This document shows, in pieces, positions 1-10,364 of a stretch of DNA of 64,000 nt. The stretch is from the NCBI GenBank assembly GCA_040285825.1, contig JAUPSS010000001.1, positions 558,001-622,000 of the forward strand. Direction: 5' to 3'. Origin of the DNA: Eukaryota sp. TZLM1-RC (lineage: Eukaryota > Protista > Metamonada: BaSk clade). The position numbers and the translations under genes are program-made. The first letter of the stretch is position 1; the number at the start of each line of letters is the position of its first letter. The notes beneath the pieces are model-generated. The model searched no databases. It was not told where the DNA came from and was given only the letters and a program-made list of their open reading frames with translations.

Positions 1-1
1 A

Positions 2-382
2 GCCACACCTTTCACAACATTAATGGGAACAAAGCTGAAAGAGTTGATGTTAAGTAAGGATTCTGATGATTCTCTCCTAGATCCACTATGCGAGCTTTCC
101 AATCTCTGCTCCCATGTCCTGAATAGCCATAAGTTCAGTGATCCAAAGTTGAATGTATTGCTGATGAGAGCTCTGACGGGGGCTATATTGCTGTATGATT
201 ATTCAACACCACAGGGGGCTTTCCATAAGGGAACCAAAATTAACACAAGACTAGCGTTGAATGCCCTGAAAAAGTTTGAAAATGAAAGTAGGGATTTGTT
301 ATCAATGTTAAAGTACTCAAGTAGTTCTTTTTCGCATAGTTCTACACCAAAAAGTATTCGTAATATGCTGAGCAGCTATTAA
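2..382 (+). CDS. CYRI: CYRI/FAM49 family Rac1-binding protein, 3' part (5' end lies before the window)
   Basis: Frame is open from base 2 (ATPFTTLM...). MRALTGAILLYDY..PQGAF.K..KI....LLSMLKYSS......STPKSIRNML matches the FAM49 C-terminus ([20 protein letters not shown]...LLNALRFTT...STSKQIRAML). Confidence 0.8.
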   Translation, partial: ATPFTTLMGTKLKELMLSKDSDDSLLDPLCELSNLCSHVLNSHKFSDPKLNVLLMRALTGAILLYDYSTPQGAFHKGTKINTRLALNALKKFENESRDLLSMLKYSSSSFSHSSTPKSIRNMLSSY

Positions 383-732
383 TTTTAATTGTAAATGTAA
401 TTGTCTTCAGTAAATAAACTAAATTCAAAACCAACAGTACAATTTTCTAGTTATTTGTACAAGAAGATTTTCTCCGATTGAGCAAGACCTATATTTTAAT
501 TGTAACACCTCCTGTATTTTTTATTTAATTAGCCAATTTAAACTGCTGTAATGAACACTTATCCAGAATCATCAAAATGTTTCAAAGCATTAATGCATAA
601 ATTATATAATTTTATAGACTTTTTTCACCAAGATTCATCAATTACATGAATTTCAAAGAAGAAAGCTTTTGTTGAGTCATATTGGGTGGAACATTGCCAA
701 AATTTTTCAATTCATTTAACTTTGGTATTTGT

Positions 733-1037
733 ACTGTCAAGTGCCAAATAGAGCCCTATTAAATAGAGCCTACTCAACATTTACATTAATTGTGTATAAT
801 TTTCTCTTCGAACATGAACTAAAATGTGTATTGTTATCATAAACTCTAACTCTCATTCTTTTACTTTCCTCTACAATCTTAAAAATTAATTAAACTGTTT
901 ATTAGTTCATGTTTAACATAGGTTTTAGGTTAAATGTTGGGCCAAATAGAGTCCTTTTCTTCAGGGGCTCTGTGATAGAACCCCTCCAAATAGAGCCCAT
1001 CAGTAATTTTGCTGGGCTCTATTTGGCACTTGACAGT
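733..1037. mobile_element. MITE, ~305 bp, with perfect 24-bp terminal inverted repeats (Tc1/mariner-like by inference)
   Basis: ACTGTCAAGTGCCAAATAGAGCCC at 733-756 and its exact reverse complement at 1014-1037. Internal copies of the (CC)AAATAGAG core near 761, 942 and 987. Flanks are TA and TC (imperfect TA TSD). Confidence 0.85.
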
Positions 1038-1182
1038 CTTTCCATAAATATAGCACTCGGCAATACTTCCAGTGCAGGAATTGACTGACGTAGCAGCAGG
1101 TCGCTTATTGGTCTAATGTAACACAGGAATTCCTTCATTAATGAAAAATAGCTGAAATCAGTGACAGTTTAAACACCTACTA

Positions 1183-1645
1183 CAAGCTTGAAGACAGTTC
1201 CTCAAGTTGCCTTATCTGCCAAATTCCCAACATTTATGGCCTTCTACTTAATGATCACCAATGGACCACTGCAATGAGAATGAGCTGTTTTCTATGGCCT
1301 TGTTCTTTACCAAATGATTAAATTTGTCGCTGCAAAAGTGTTGTTACGCTTTCCCATATTTTAAACTGTAAGTATTTCATAACTTATCGCTCAATTGTTC
1401 ATGACTCAGTTCGTGATCAATTATATGCCATGTGCAAAAGTTTCAATATAGAGGCATTTATTGAGCCATTAGTACGTAAGCTGTCTTCAGATCAAACTGA
1501 TGATTCCTTTGGTAAAAGAAGGGCAGATAAACATTTTATTACTTTTAGAAGCGTGGTTCACGATGCTATAAGAGACCAATTATATTGTATGTGTAAGTCT
1601 CATAGAATTGAATCCTTTTTGGAACCTCTGTTGTCAAATGTGTTT
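1183..1645 (+). mobile_element. Chimeric non-LTR retrotransposon fragments (family C piece joined to a family A piece)
   Basis: C-type QIPNIYG...CRC...HILNCKYFITYRSIVHDSVRDQLYAMCK...EPLVRKL...GKRRAD switches at ~1528 to A-type KHFITFRSVVHDAIRDQLYCMCKSHRIESFLEPLL (zinc-knuckle/RLE region). Confidence 0.75.
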
Positions 1646-1649
1646 ATGA

Positions 1650-1890
1650 CAAAGGTCATGAATGCATGCTCAGGTCAAATTGATGCATATACTCTTGGAA
1701 TTTGTAAAAAGGAATATGAAAAAGAAATATTCGTAACATTGAAGAAAACAATCGCAACGGAACAATTCACTTTATTTGGGCTAAAATGAATTTTAAAATA
1801 CAAGAAAAATTTGAATTTCATAATATTTAGCAAGAAAAGACAAATAAATAAATACGTAAATAAATTAAAATTCAATAAATATGTGACTTC
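1650..1890 (+). repeat. Dispersed ~240-bp repeat, copy 1
   Basis: AAAGGTCAT.AAT.CATG.TCAGGTCAAATTG...AAATAAATAAATACGTA is repeated, diverged, at ~2771-2990. Confidence 0.7.
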
Positions 1891-2034
1891 TTCATAAGTG
1901 GTAATCAAAAACAAATCAATAAAGAAATCACTCTACTGTAAAGAAAGTCTACAGCGTTTTGTTTCGACTGTAAAGAGGTCTACAGTACCCTTTAACACTG
2001 AAAAACCTCAAAGCAAACCATTACCTCTTGTACC

Positions 2035-2449
2035 ATGTCTCTTCGTCCATTCTTCGACCCATTCTTGGAAGAACCATTCCACAGAACAATGCGAACTCGT
2101 TTCACCTCTGACATCCACGAAGAAGAAGATAAATGGGAAATTGACATCGAATGTCCAGGACTAAGAAAAGAAGATGTTCAGATAGAACTTGATGGAAACG
2201 ACCTCATTATCTCTGGTGAACGCAGAAAAGAAGAAGAGAAGCCCGGTAGAAGAACAGTCTTGAAAGAACGTGAGGTTGGGAAGTTCACAAGACGTTTTAC
2301 ATGTTTGTTCACTTTGTAAGCTCACCTTAGTACCTTCAAACTGCCAATCAGAACAAGTCTCTTCAAAGATGGAGAATGGTATCCTTAGGGTGAACATTCC
2401 TAAAAAGAGAGAATCTCCTGGTCAACGACGTAGAATTACTATTGAATAG
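2035..2449 (+). CDS. HSP20: Small heat shock protein HSP20; exons 2035-2302 and 2331-2449
   Basis: Alpha-crystallin domain (DIHEEEDKWEIDIECPGLRKEDVQIEL..N.LIISGER...EREVGKFTRRF). Removing 2303-2330 gives TLPSNCQSEQVSSKMENGILRVNIPK...RRITIE*. Confidence 0.92.
2303..2330 (+). other. 28-nt spliceosomal intron in HSP20
   Basis: GTTTGTTCACTTTGTAAGCTCACCTTAG has GT..AG ends and a branch-like CTCAC next to the AG. Removing it restores the conserved F.R.F.LP...NG.L motif. Confidence 0.88.
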
Positions 2450-2770
2450 ATCCTTTTCTTGTATAAATCAAATTTGTGAAAAATGACAATTAATTCGCAT
2501 TTCAATACTGTGAATGAGAAACTAATGGTATAATTCATCTACTTCTGATTGACAGAAATCAGATTTCTATTCTTTCGACAATGCTGAAAAGGTGAAAGTG
2601 GAGATGTAGAAGAGTCAGATCAATAAATAGATTAATTTTCAAAGGTTTTCTTATCATCTTCTGAACCTTAAATAAAGACTAGACCCTGACTTTTATTCTA
2701 TCTGTACAATCAACTTGGCAACTTGGGGTACCGTGGTTGGTGGAATAATTAGCAACCCCCTAATTCACAT

Positions 2771-2990
2771 AAAGGTCATTAATACATGATCAGGTCAAAT
2801 TGGTAATCTACTCTTGAAGTTTGTGAAAAGATAGCAAAAAGAACTATTTGTAACATTGAACAAAAAATGCTACAATAAGACTATTTACCTTATTCGAGCT
2901 AAAACGAATTTGACAACACAAGCTTTCTTAATATTTGGCAAGAGAAAGTAAATAAATAAATACGTACCTGAGTACCTTAGTATGTGATCT
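2771..2990 (+). repeat. Dispersed repeat, copy 2
   Basis: Aligns by eye with 1650-1890. Confidence 0.7.
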
Positions 2991-3440
2991 GCTTTATCTA
3001 GTCTGATTATTTGCCTCAGAATTGAATTTGTTAATGCTCTAGAAAAATTCAATTACTCAATTGTTAAATTGTAAACATTTTATTACTTTTAGAAGCATGG
3101 TCCACGATGCTATAAGAGATGAATTATATTGTATGTGTAAGTCTCATAGAATTGAATCCTTTTTGGAACCTCTGTTGTCAAATCTGTTTGATACTGATAA
3201 TTTTCATAAGAATAATAGAAGAACCTTCATTTCAGTGGATGTAATGTCTGTTGATCCTTGTAATGTCTGAAATGAAAGGCTTGCTAATTCTGAAATTCAT
3301 AATCCTCTTTCGAGTGCTGAAAATTTCAAAATCAAAAAAAACAGGGAACCCTTGTCCAAATTGTCCACCCCGCCTGTAAATTACAATTTGTATCCATTTG
3401 TATGTTCTCTTTTTGGTTGACTTGCTTCCACGGCTAACGT
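2990..3440 (+). mobile_element. Non-LTR retrotransposon family A fragment (RLE region), degraded
   Basis: LNCKHFITFRSMVHDAIRDELYCMCKSHRIESFLEPLL...VDVMSVDPCN; near-identical to 18530-18830 and 27400-27720. Confidence 0.85.
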
Positions 3441-4358
3441 GCCTCTCAACGAACACATTGGATTGACAGCTATTTTAGAAACTGTTGATTGGACACAATT
3501 TCAAAGAAAATAGTGCTGTTTGCAACAAAAATATGTATAAAACTTTCCCCAATGTTTCAATTATTTACCAAGATTATGTCACCAATTAAATAATGTTTTC
3601 AGCAAGATTAGCATGTCATACTTTGTACAGCAATTATACATTAAAAAATTCAAATATATCAAAAGGCACAATGTTTCTGCTAAACTTGGGGAAAATTCAT
3701 TTTTCCATAGCAAGTTGTTGGGGCATTTGGAGCTATGGTTTAGCCTTTCAGGTATGTGTTGTTTGATAATTTGTTCTGTGTGATAACGTGAAAGAATACA
3801 AATTCTATTTTTATTTTTCTAAATATTGTGTCTTGTTCATAAGCTTGGAAATAAAACTCAGCAGCTCAAGAAAATACGATTAGCCTTCATTAGAAACCGG
3901 TCATATTGAACTTCATCAACAGGCATTGCTTAACATAAAACAATTGTGTTTGACTAATGTGACAGAAATATTGGTAAATACAAAGCTTGCATTGGAAATC
4001 AAGGTATGTGTCGATGCAACTCAAAATTGAGGATAAATAAATGCAATTTCACAAAATGTAGGATATAATACGATTTATAAATATTGTTTTCAGAAAACAG
4101 AAAGCAAAAGAGAAAAGTCATAAACAATTCTAATTAAAAATTGATGAGCCAACTCCTGTGCCCAACACCTGGTCTAGATGGCAGTCTTAACCAGTATTAA
4201 TTATTAAAATTAAGAAATACTATTTGCCAAAAAATTGAAACTAAAACCCTCCAAGATAAATTATTTTCTATTAATAAATTATTGATAAATTAATGCCGAA
4301 AAAATTCTGCAACCTGGAAACGATATGCACAAATTTGTTATTAAATAATTCAAAATTA

Positions 4359-7300
4359 TTAAACATGTGCAAGGATTTTCTTATTTGCAACATCTACAAA
4401 GTACTTGAATGTATTAGACTTCATAAAAGACTGAGCTTTTTCCATTAAGAAAGGGTTAGACTTTTCCAAAGTTTTCTGGGACATGATTTCATTAGAATCA
4501 CTACAGAGACAATGAAATACCAACGAATCCTGACTTATTGGAACCGTTTTCATCAAATTTCTAATAATCACCACATCTGAGAAACTTGGAAAACAATCTT
4601 GACCATCGGCAAGATACAATTTGCGGCTGACTTCATAAGTGACAGAGACAAATAGAGGAGAACACTCTGAAACGAGAGCAAACAAGGAAACAGAAGATAC
4701 ATTGAAACTATCTGAATTATCATCTTCAAATTGTTTGGTGAAGATATGTATTAAAAGACAGTCAAAATAACAAGGGTAACCCACACATTTCAGTTGATCC
4801 ACGGTTTCTACTAATGGAATTGGAACTAAGGGCATGGGCTGAGTGGTCATTGGAATTATAGTCGACCTTTTGGTTGCTTTCAGTAATAATGGGGTCATTA
4901 AAGAACTTCCCATTGTCTTGGATGGATCAACATCGGAAACTACAACACAATCTCCAGTTTTCAGAGCAACATCACTCCAAACAGTTAGTAAAGACCATTT
5001 GTCCATTGGGGATGTAGACTGATCACTAACCAAAAACCGAGATAAAAGCAAAACCTTCCTGTTAATTCCATCAGTTTCATCTAGTTTCTCCTTTAATATT
5101 GTCTGAAATTCGTTTTGCAGAAACAAACCTGCTACTTCATCACCATGTTCAGATCTTCTAACTTGTGAGCTCATAAATTCATTGAGTTCATCAAAGGTTT
5201 CAGACCTAAGTTTCTCAATGATACGAGTGGAAGAATCTTGAAATTTTCGGAGCACGTGATCCTCTAATCTAGAGGTTCGGAAAAGAAGCAAATTTTGGTC
5301 CTTATCAATAGGTTTGAATTCAACATAAAGCGTAGGTAAGACACGTTGCACAATAACAAAAACACCATCAGCTATTCCTCCACTCACATTTAATTTCTTG
5401 ATTGAGGTTATTCGTGAAGTAACTCTAGCTAAGTGTTTGTTAAATCCAAGCTTAGCCCACCATTTAACAGGTTTTACCGAATTGTAATTAATTTTCAGAA
5501 TAGCATTTGAACCTAAAGCTGTATTAGGTTCTAACGACTCAGTATCCTCTGACTTATCCAAGACAGAGTGTGAAACAAAAAGCTTTGTTCCAATTTTGAT
5601 CACACCATTCTTTACTTTTGATTCCAAAAATTCATCAGTTTTACACTTGACAGCAGCCCAGCCATCAGAGAGTATCATCGAAAAGTCATCCTGCTCAGAT
5701 AGATACATTACTTGCAGGACCATGGGAATATTGGAAGGGAAATCTCCTTCAATGATCTTCCATAACACTGACCGTTCTCCCAAACCAGAAAAGCGATAGA
5801 GTCTATATTTCAAAGTTGACATAAGGGTAGAGCAACACAACCATGGAACTGTTCCAGAAAGTGCAAGAATGGAATTATTGATAGTTTGCACACTTGTGGG
5901 AAGGCCAGATGGTAATATACCATTTTTATATACAAGTTTCCATAGAACAAGTCCAAACTGAAACTTTAAAAATTCCATGGATGGAACATCCAATTTACCA
6001 AAAAGTTCAGCTAATTGTTGCTTCACAGTAGTGGAGGGTCCAAAGCGATCAATAATCGAAATGGGAAAGCTATAACAATTTGATAATAATGAGGAACAAA
6101 TAGAATTTAAATCAGAGCACACAGATAAGGAAAGTGGTTGAGGCCCTATAAATGCACTTAATTGGTGCAATGAAATTCTATTTGTTGTAGAGACTTTGTT
6201 TTCTTTGATCAATGAACCAATGTGCAGATCGGAAACACGAGGTTGTTTGAGTGGTGGTTCTGATGTTAATAATTGAGACAAGGAAAAGTTATCGACAAGA
6301 TTTGGTGAAGATTCCATGTGGTATTGTGTGTGATAACTTTTTGTGGATGGAGATGAAGTATCAACAAGACTTTTGCTCAATTTTTGATTAATTTGGTCCA
6401 CAGAATTTCCCTTTCCAGTAACAAAACCACTTGTTGGTGGAGGTTTGTGATTAATTTGGTCAACAGAATTTCCTTTTCCAGTTACAAAACCACTTGTTGG
6501 TGGAGGTTTGTGATTAATTTGGTCAACAAAATTTCCTTTTCCAGAAACAAAACCACTTGTTGGTGGAGGTTTGTGATTAATTTGGTCAACAGAATTTCCT
6601 TTTCCAGAAACAAAACCACTTGTTGGTGGAGGTTTGTGATTAATTTGGTCAACAGAATTTCCTTTTCCAGAAACAAAACCACTTGTTGGTGGAGGTTTGT
6701 GATTAATTTGGTCAACAGAATTTCCTTTTCCAGTAACAAAACCACTTGTTGGTGGAGGTTTTTGATTAATTTGGTCAACAAAATTTCCTTTTCCAGTTAC
6801 AAAGCCACTTGTTGGTGGAGGTTTGTGATTAATTTGGTCAACAGAATTTCCTTTTCCAGTAACAAAGCCACTTGTTGGTGGAGGTTTGTGATTAATTTGG
6901 TCAACAGAATTTCCTTTTCCAGTAACAAAGCCACTTGTTGGTGGAGGTTTGTGATTAATTTGGTCAACAGAATTTCCTTTTCCAGTAACAAAGCCACTTG
7001 TTGGTGGAGGTTTGTGATTAATTTGGTCAACAGAATTTCCTTTTCCAGTAACAAAACCACTTGTTGGTGGAGGTTTGTGATTAATTTGGTCAACAGAATT
7101 TCCTTTTCCAGTAACAAAACCACTTGTTGGTGGAGGTTTGTGATTAATTTGGTCAACAGAATTTCCTTTTCCAGTAACAAAACCACTTGTTGGTGGAGGT
7201 TTGTGATTAATTTGGTCAACAGAATTTCCTTTTCCAGTAACAAAACCACTAGTTGGTGGAGGTTTTTGATTAATTTGGTCAACAGAATTTCCTTTTCCAG

Positions 7301-8903
7301 TAACACAACCACTAGTTGGTGGAGGTTTGCGATTGTTTTGGTCAACAGAATTTCCTTTTCCAGTTACAAAACCACTAGTTGGTGGAGGTTTGTGATTAAT
7401 TTGGTCAACAGAATTTCCTTTTCCAGTAACAAAACCACTTGTTGGTGGAGGTTTGTGATTAATTTGGTCAACAGAATTTCCTTTTCCAGTTACAAAGCCA
7501 CTTGTTGGTGGAGGTTTGTGATTAATTTGGTCAACAGAATTTCCTTTTCCAGTTACAAAGCCACTTGTTGGTGGAGGTTTGTGATTAATTTGGTCAACAG
7601 AATTTCCTTTTCCAGTAACAAAACTACTTGTTGGTGGTGGTTTGTGATTAATTTGGTCAACAGAATTTCCATTTCCAGTAACAAAACCACTTGTTGGTGG
7701 TGGTTTGTGATTAATTTGGTCAACAGAATTTCCTTTTCCAGTAACAAAACCACTAGTTGGTGGAGGTTTTTGATTAATTTGGTCAACAGAATTTCCTTTT
7801 CCAGTAACAAAACCACTAGTTGGTGGAGGTTTGTGATTGATTTGGTCAACAGAATTTCCTTTTCCAGTAACAAAACCACTAGTTGGTGGAGGTTTGCGGT
7901 TGATTTGGTCAACAGAATTTCCTTTTCCAGTAACAAAACCACTTGTTGGTGGAGGTTTGTGATTAATTTGGTCAACAGAATTTCCTTTTCCAGTAACAAA
8001 ACCACTTGTTGGTGGAGGTTTGTGATTAATTTGGTCAACAGAATTACCTTTTCCAGTAACAAAACACCTTGTTGGTGGAGGTTTGTGATAAATTTGATTA
8101 TCAAACAAAGCTTCTATAGATGTTTTAGTCCGCTTGAGCTCTTTACAAGAGGTACTTGTTCTTTTCCTACTGCTATTAAGAAAATCAATCTTGATTATTG
8201 AAGTAATAAAAGATTTGTACGATTCCAACAGTGATATTTGAACAACAAAACTACACTTCTTTTGCCCAAAAACATTATCAATTAATAAATAAACATTTGG
8301 GAGTGTTGTTGGGGTGTCTGAAAGTAGTCTAACTTTTGTAAAGGCACAGACCTCTAAAATTTTCAAAAAACGATCAACTAATGTAACCACAAACTGACGA
8401 TTTGTCATCAATTGAGCATCAAATACACTCCTTGGCTTGCCTTTTTCTGCTATTTCTAACAAAGACGGACTTTGTGTTTGATCCACCGTAACCAATGTGT
8501 CTTCATGTAAGGGAATTAACGAAAAGTCATCAAAAAGTCCACCAACATCTGGTGTTTCTGCAGTTTGGCCTTGACGGATGATGGGGTTGGGATTATGGTT
8601 AGGGTAAGATGAAGTAAAAGGGACGGCTGACTGGGATTCAATAACAGTGGATCGTTTTGCTTCCAGTTGAGTAAAAGCGTCGTAGTATGACTCATTTAAC
8701 GGTATGATAGAATCTTCTAGTACTGTTAGAGATGATCGGGGTGATGTACTCTGAATATACTCTGTCAGACGTGAAAAGTCACTCCCACGCTCAAACAAAA
8801 AGGGAGGATGAGTGGAGTGGTCCTCATTGGATGAAAGAGTGGAATTATTATTGACAATGAAAGCAGAAAGATACTGGGCTTGATTCAGGGATAACTTAAA
8901 CAT
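4359..8903 (-). CDS. BRCA2: BRCA2 homologue: 27 tandem BRC-like repeats plus C-terminal helical/OB DNA-binding domain
   Basis: LKYR...RS.LWKI.EGD......MVL.V...LSDGW..V....D......K.G....G.KL...LKI.YNS.KP..W.AKLGF matches the BRCA2 helical/OB1 region. Repeat core GFVTGKGNSV resembles the BRC FxT(A/G)xGxxV hairpin. Confidence 0.9.
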   Translation of the reverse strand: MFKLSLNQAQYLSAFIVNNNSTLSSNEDHSTHPPFLFERGSDFSRLTEYIQSTSPRSSLTVLEDSIIPLNESYYDAFTQLEAKRSTVIESQSAVPFTSSYPNHNPNPIIRQGQTAETPDVGGLFDDFSLIPLHEDTLVTVDQTQSPSLLEIAEKGKPRSVFDAQLMTNRQFVVTLVDRFLKILEVCAFTKVRLLSDTPTTLPNVYLLIDNVFGQKKCSFVVQISLLESYKSFITSIIKIDFLNSSRKRTSTSCKELKRTKTSIEALFDNQIYHKPPPTRCFVTGKGNSVDQINHKPPPTSGFVTGKGNSVDQINHKPPPTSGFVTGKGNSVDQINRKPPPTSGFVTGKGNSVDQINHKPPPTSGFVTGKGNSVDQINQKPPPTSGFVTGKGNSVDQINHKPPPTSGFVTGNGNSVDQINHKPPPTSSFVTGKGNSVDQINHKPPPTSGFVTGKGNSVDQINHKPPPTSGFVTGKGNSVDQINHKPPPTSGFVTGKGNSVDQINHKPPPTSGFVTGKGNSVDQNNRKPPPTSGCVTGKGNSVDQINQKPPPTSGFVTGKGNSVDQINHKPPPTSGFVTGKGNSVDQINHKPPPTSGFVTGKGNSVDQINHKPPPTSGFVTGKGNSVDQINHKPPPTSGFVTGKGNSVDQINHKPPPTSGFVTGKGNSVDQINHKPPPTSGFVTGKGNSVDQINHKPPPTSGFVTGKGNFVDQINQKPPPTSGFVTGKGNSVDQINHKPPPTSGFVSGKGNSVDQINHKPPPTSGFVSGKGNSVDQINHKPPPTSGFVSGKGNFVDQINHKPPPTSGFVTGKGNSVDQINHKPPPTSGFVTGKGNSVDQINQKLSKSLVDTSSPSTKSYHTQYHMESSPNLVDNFSLSQLLTSEPPLKQPRVSDLHIGSLIKENKVSTTNRISLHQLSAFIGPQPLSLSVCSDLNSICSSLLSNCYSFPISIIDRFGPSTTVKQQLAELFGKLDVPSMEFLKFQFGLVLWKLVYKNGILPSGLPTSVQTINNSILALSGTVPWLCCSTLMSTLKYRLYRFSGLGERSVLWKIIEGDFPSNIPMVLQVMYLSEQDDFSMILSDGWAAVKCKTDEFLESKVKNGVIKIGTKLFVSHSVLDKSEDTESLEPNTALGSNAILKINYNSVKPVKWWAKLGFNKHLARVTSRITSIKKLNVSGGIADGVFVIVQRVLPTLYVEFKPIDKDQNLLLFRTSRLEDHVLRKFQDSSTRIIEKLRSETFDELNEFMSSQVRRSEHGDEVAGLFLQNEFQTILKEKLDETDGINRKVLLLSRFLVSDQSTSPMDKWSLLTVWSDVALKTGDCVVVSDVDPSKTMGSSLMTPLLLKATKRSTIIPMTTQPMPLVPIPLVETVDQLKCVGYPCYFDCLLIHIFTKQFEDDNSDSFNVSSVSLFALVSECSPLFVSVTYEVSRKLYLADGQDCFPSFSDVVIIRNLMKTVPISQDSLVFHCLCSDSNEIMSQKTLEKSNPFLMEKAQSFMKSNTFKYFVDVANKKILAHV
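6393..8093 (-). repeat. Coding tandem array, 27 x 63 bp (INHKPPPTSGFVTGKGNSVDQ)
   Basis: 1701 bp = 27 x 63; units are near-identical with few substitutions. Confidence 0.95.
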
Positions 8904-9409
8904 ATGGAGGAACCGATGTGTTCTACAGATGGATTAACTGGATGGGCAGGCAAAAACATCAAAGATAGGTTATTAATTCAGAAAGTAATTCATCACATCC
9001 AATCCTTTTAGAATCCAAGAAATGTTGCATAATTGCCTGTTGAAGCAAGTGGGAAGTACCAAACAGAACTGGTCATTATATCAAGGTAAATGTGCTAATT
9101 TATATTCAAAAACAAAGAAGAATCAAATTTGATTACTGATTTACCTAAAACTGATGGAAGAGGAGAAGACACTACTCTCATTAAACTATTGATAAGTGTG
9201 ACCGAAAATTGACTTATTAAATTTCAATTAACGTGGTATTTTGAACAATGTTAATGATATAGTTGCGATTAAACTGGAACACGAAAAATAGATATCTTTT
9301 TGTTGTAGCTTGTGCGCTCAGATTCCTATCATTTAATCAATAATTAAGGCCCTTTTCCAAGACACGTGTCACATTAACTGATTTTAATTGAGTCAGTTAG
9401 TTGATGCCA

Positions 9410-9730
9410 ATCTAAGTAAATTTTATCTGTACTAAACCGTAGCTCAAATGCTGATAAAGTGATCAATCAAATGACATGCATAAATCTCCATAAATTCACA
9501 CGACAAACTATTGACTCTGCAGCGTAATCTCTAAACTTTCAGGCAACTGATTATTACAATGGGCTATTTTGATCCTTTTTCACACATCTTTGGTTACATT
9601 AACAAGAAATGTTTAGCCCTGGAACCCTTTCAATTGTCAATGACAGCAAGTTTTTGGATTTTTTCAATTGTATCTACATCAGTTTGGCAACGTTTTGTGT
9701 TTTAATAACAACATTTAAAGATACAATTTT
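9410..9730 (-). repeat. Dispersed repeat of unknown origin (inverted copy at ~59655-59970)
   Basis: TGACATGCATAAATCTCC.AAATTCACACGACAAACTA...TGCAGC.TAATCTCTAAACTTTCAGGCAACTGATTATT matches the reverse complement of 59836-59915, and similarity extends either side. Confidence 0.8.
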
Positions 9731-9807
9731 CCTGGGATGTGATGTAGAATTTTCCGTCCCTTAATAGTGAGAACATTTACTGATATACTGATAATTCGCT
9801 TCTAGTT

Positions 9808-10098
9808 TTTTTTTAAAAAAACTGGAATATTTATTGAGATAAAAATAACCATCTAGAATTCAATATCCTCCAAACAAGCGTCACTATTACTGATCCTACT
9901 CACAGCATTACGTTCATATTCTACACCAATAGCTAAAAGTGCCTTTGAAATCATTGTTGGAATAGACTTGAAAATGCAAAAAACAATTCTATTTAACCAG
10001 AAAGTGGAGTTCATTGTTTTACCAGACCTATTCAGTAACACTTTTTTAAAATTTTCCAAAAAGTGCAAGCCTGAAGGTCCAATATTGCCAAAAAGATA
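9808..10098 (-). mobile_element. 5'-truncated non-LTR retrotransposon (family C) with poly(A) tail and 12-bp TSD
   Basis: Encodes LFGNIGPSGLHFLENFKK...FWLNRIVF...DACLEDIEF*. T-run at 9808. TCGCTTCTAGTT at 9796-9807 and 10099-10110. Confidence 0.85.
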
Positions 10099-10364
10099 TC
10101 GCTTCTAGTTAGATCCTCAGTAATTGTTGAAATCATTCAAATTACTGGAATACTTATGTGATCTATAGAAGGTATTTTTGCACAGCTTAAAACAATGGTT
10201 GACATTCAGACATTCAGTCAACTAGTGGAGTTTGGCCAATCGTACTCCAAACAAGAATGGACCTGCTGACGTGAAATGATGGAATTTTGTCATATTTTTG
10301 ATCTCTTTCCAGGATTTCTGTATCTTATGGCAAACTTGTCAAATCCGTCAATACAACCAAGCAG

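Noticed and set aside
3450-4200. Possible hAT/MULE transposase relic (CDN, CLVH, SRWQS-like words)
   Set aside because: Motifs are short, scattered over frames and interrupted by many stops; not supportable without a search.
6384-8201. 605-aa plus-strand ORF and alternate-frame minus ORFs over the 63-bp array; also a superficial CRISPR-like look
   Set aside because: These are by-products of a stop-free repeat unit. There are no unique spacers, and the BRCA2 frame explains the array.
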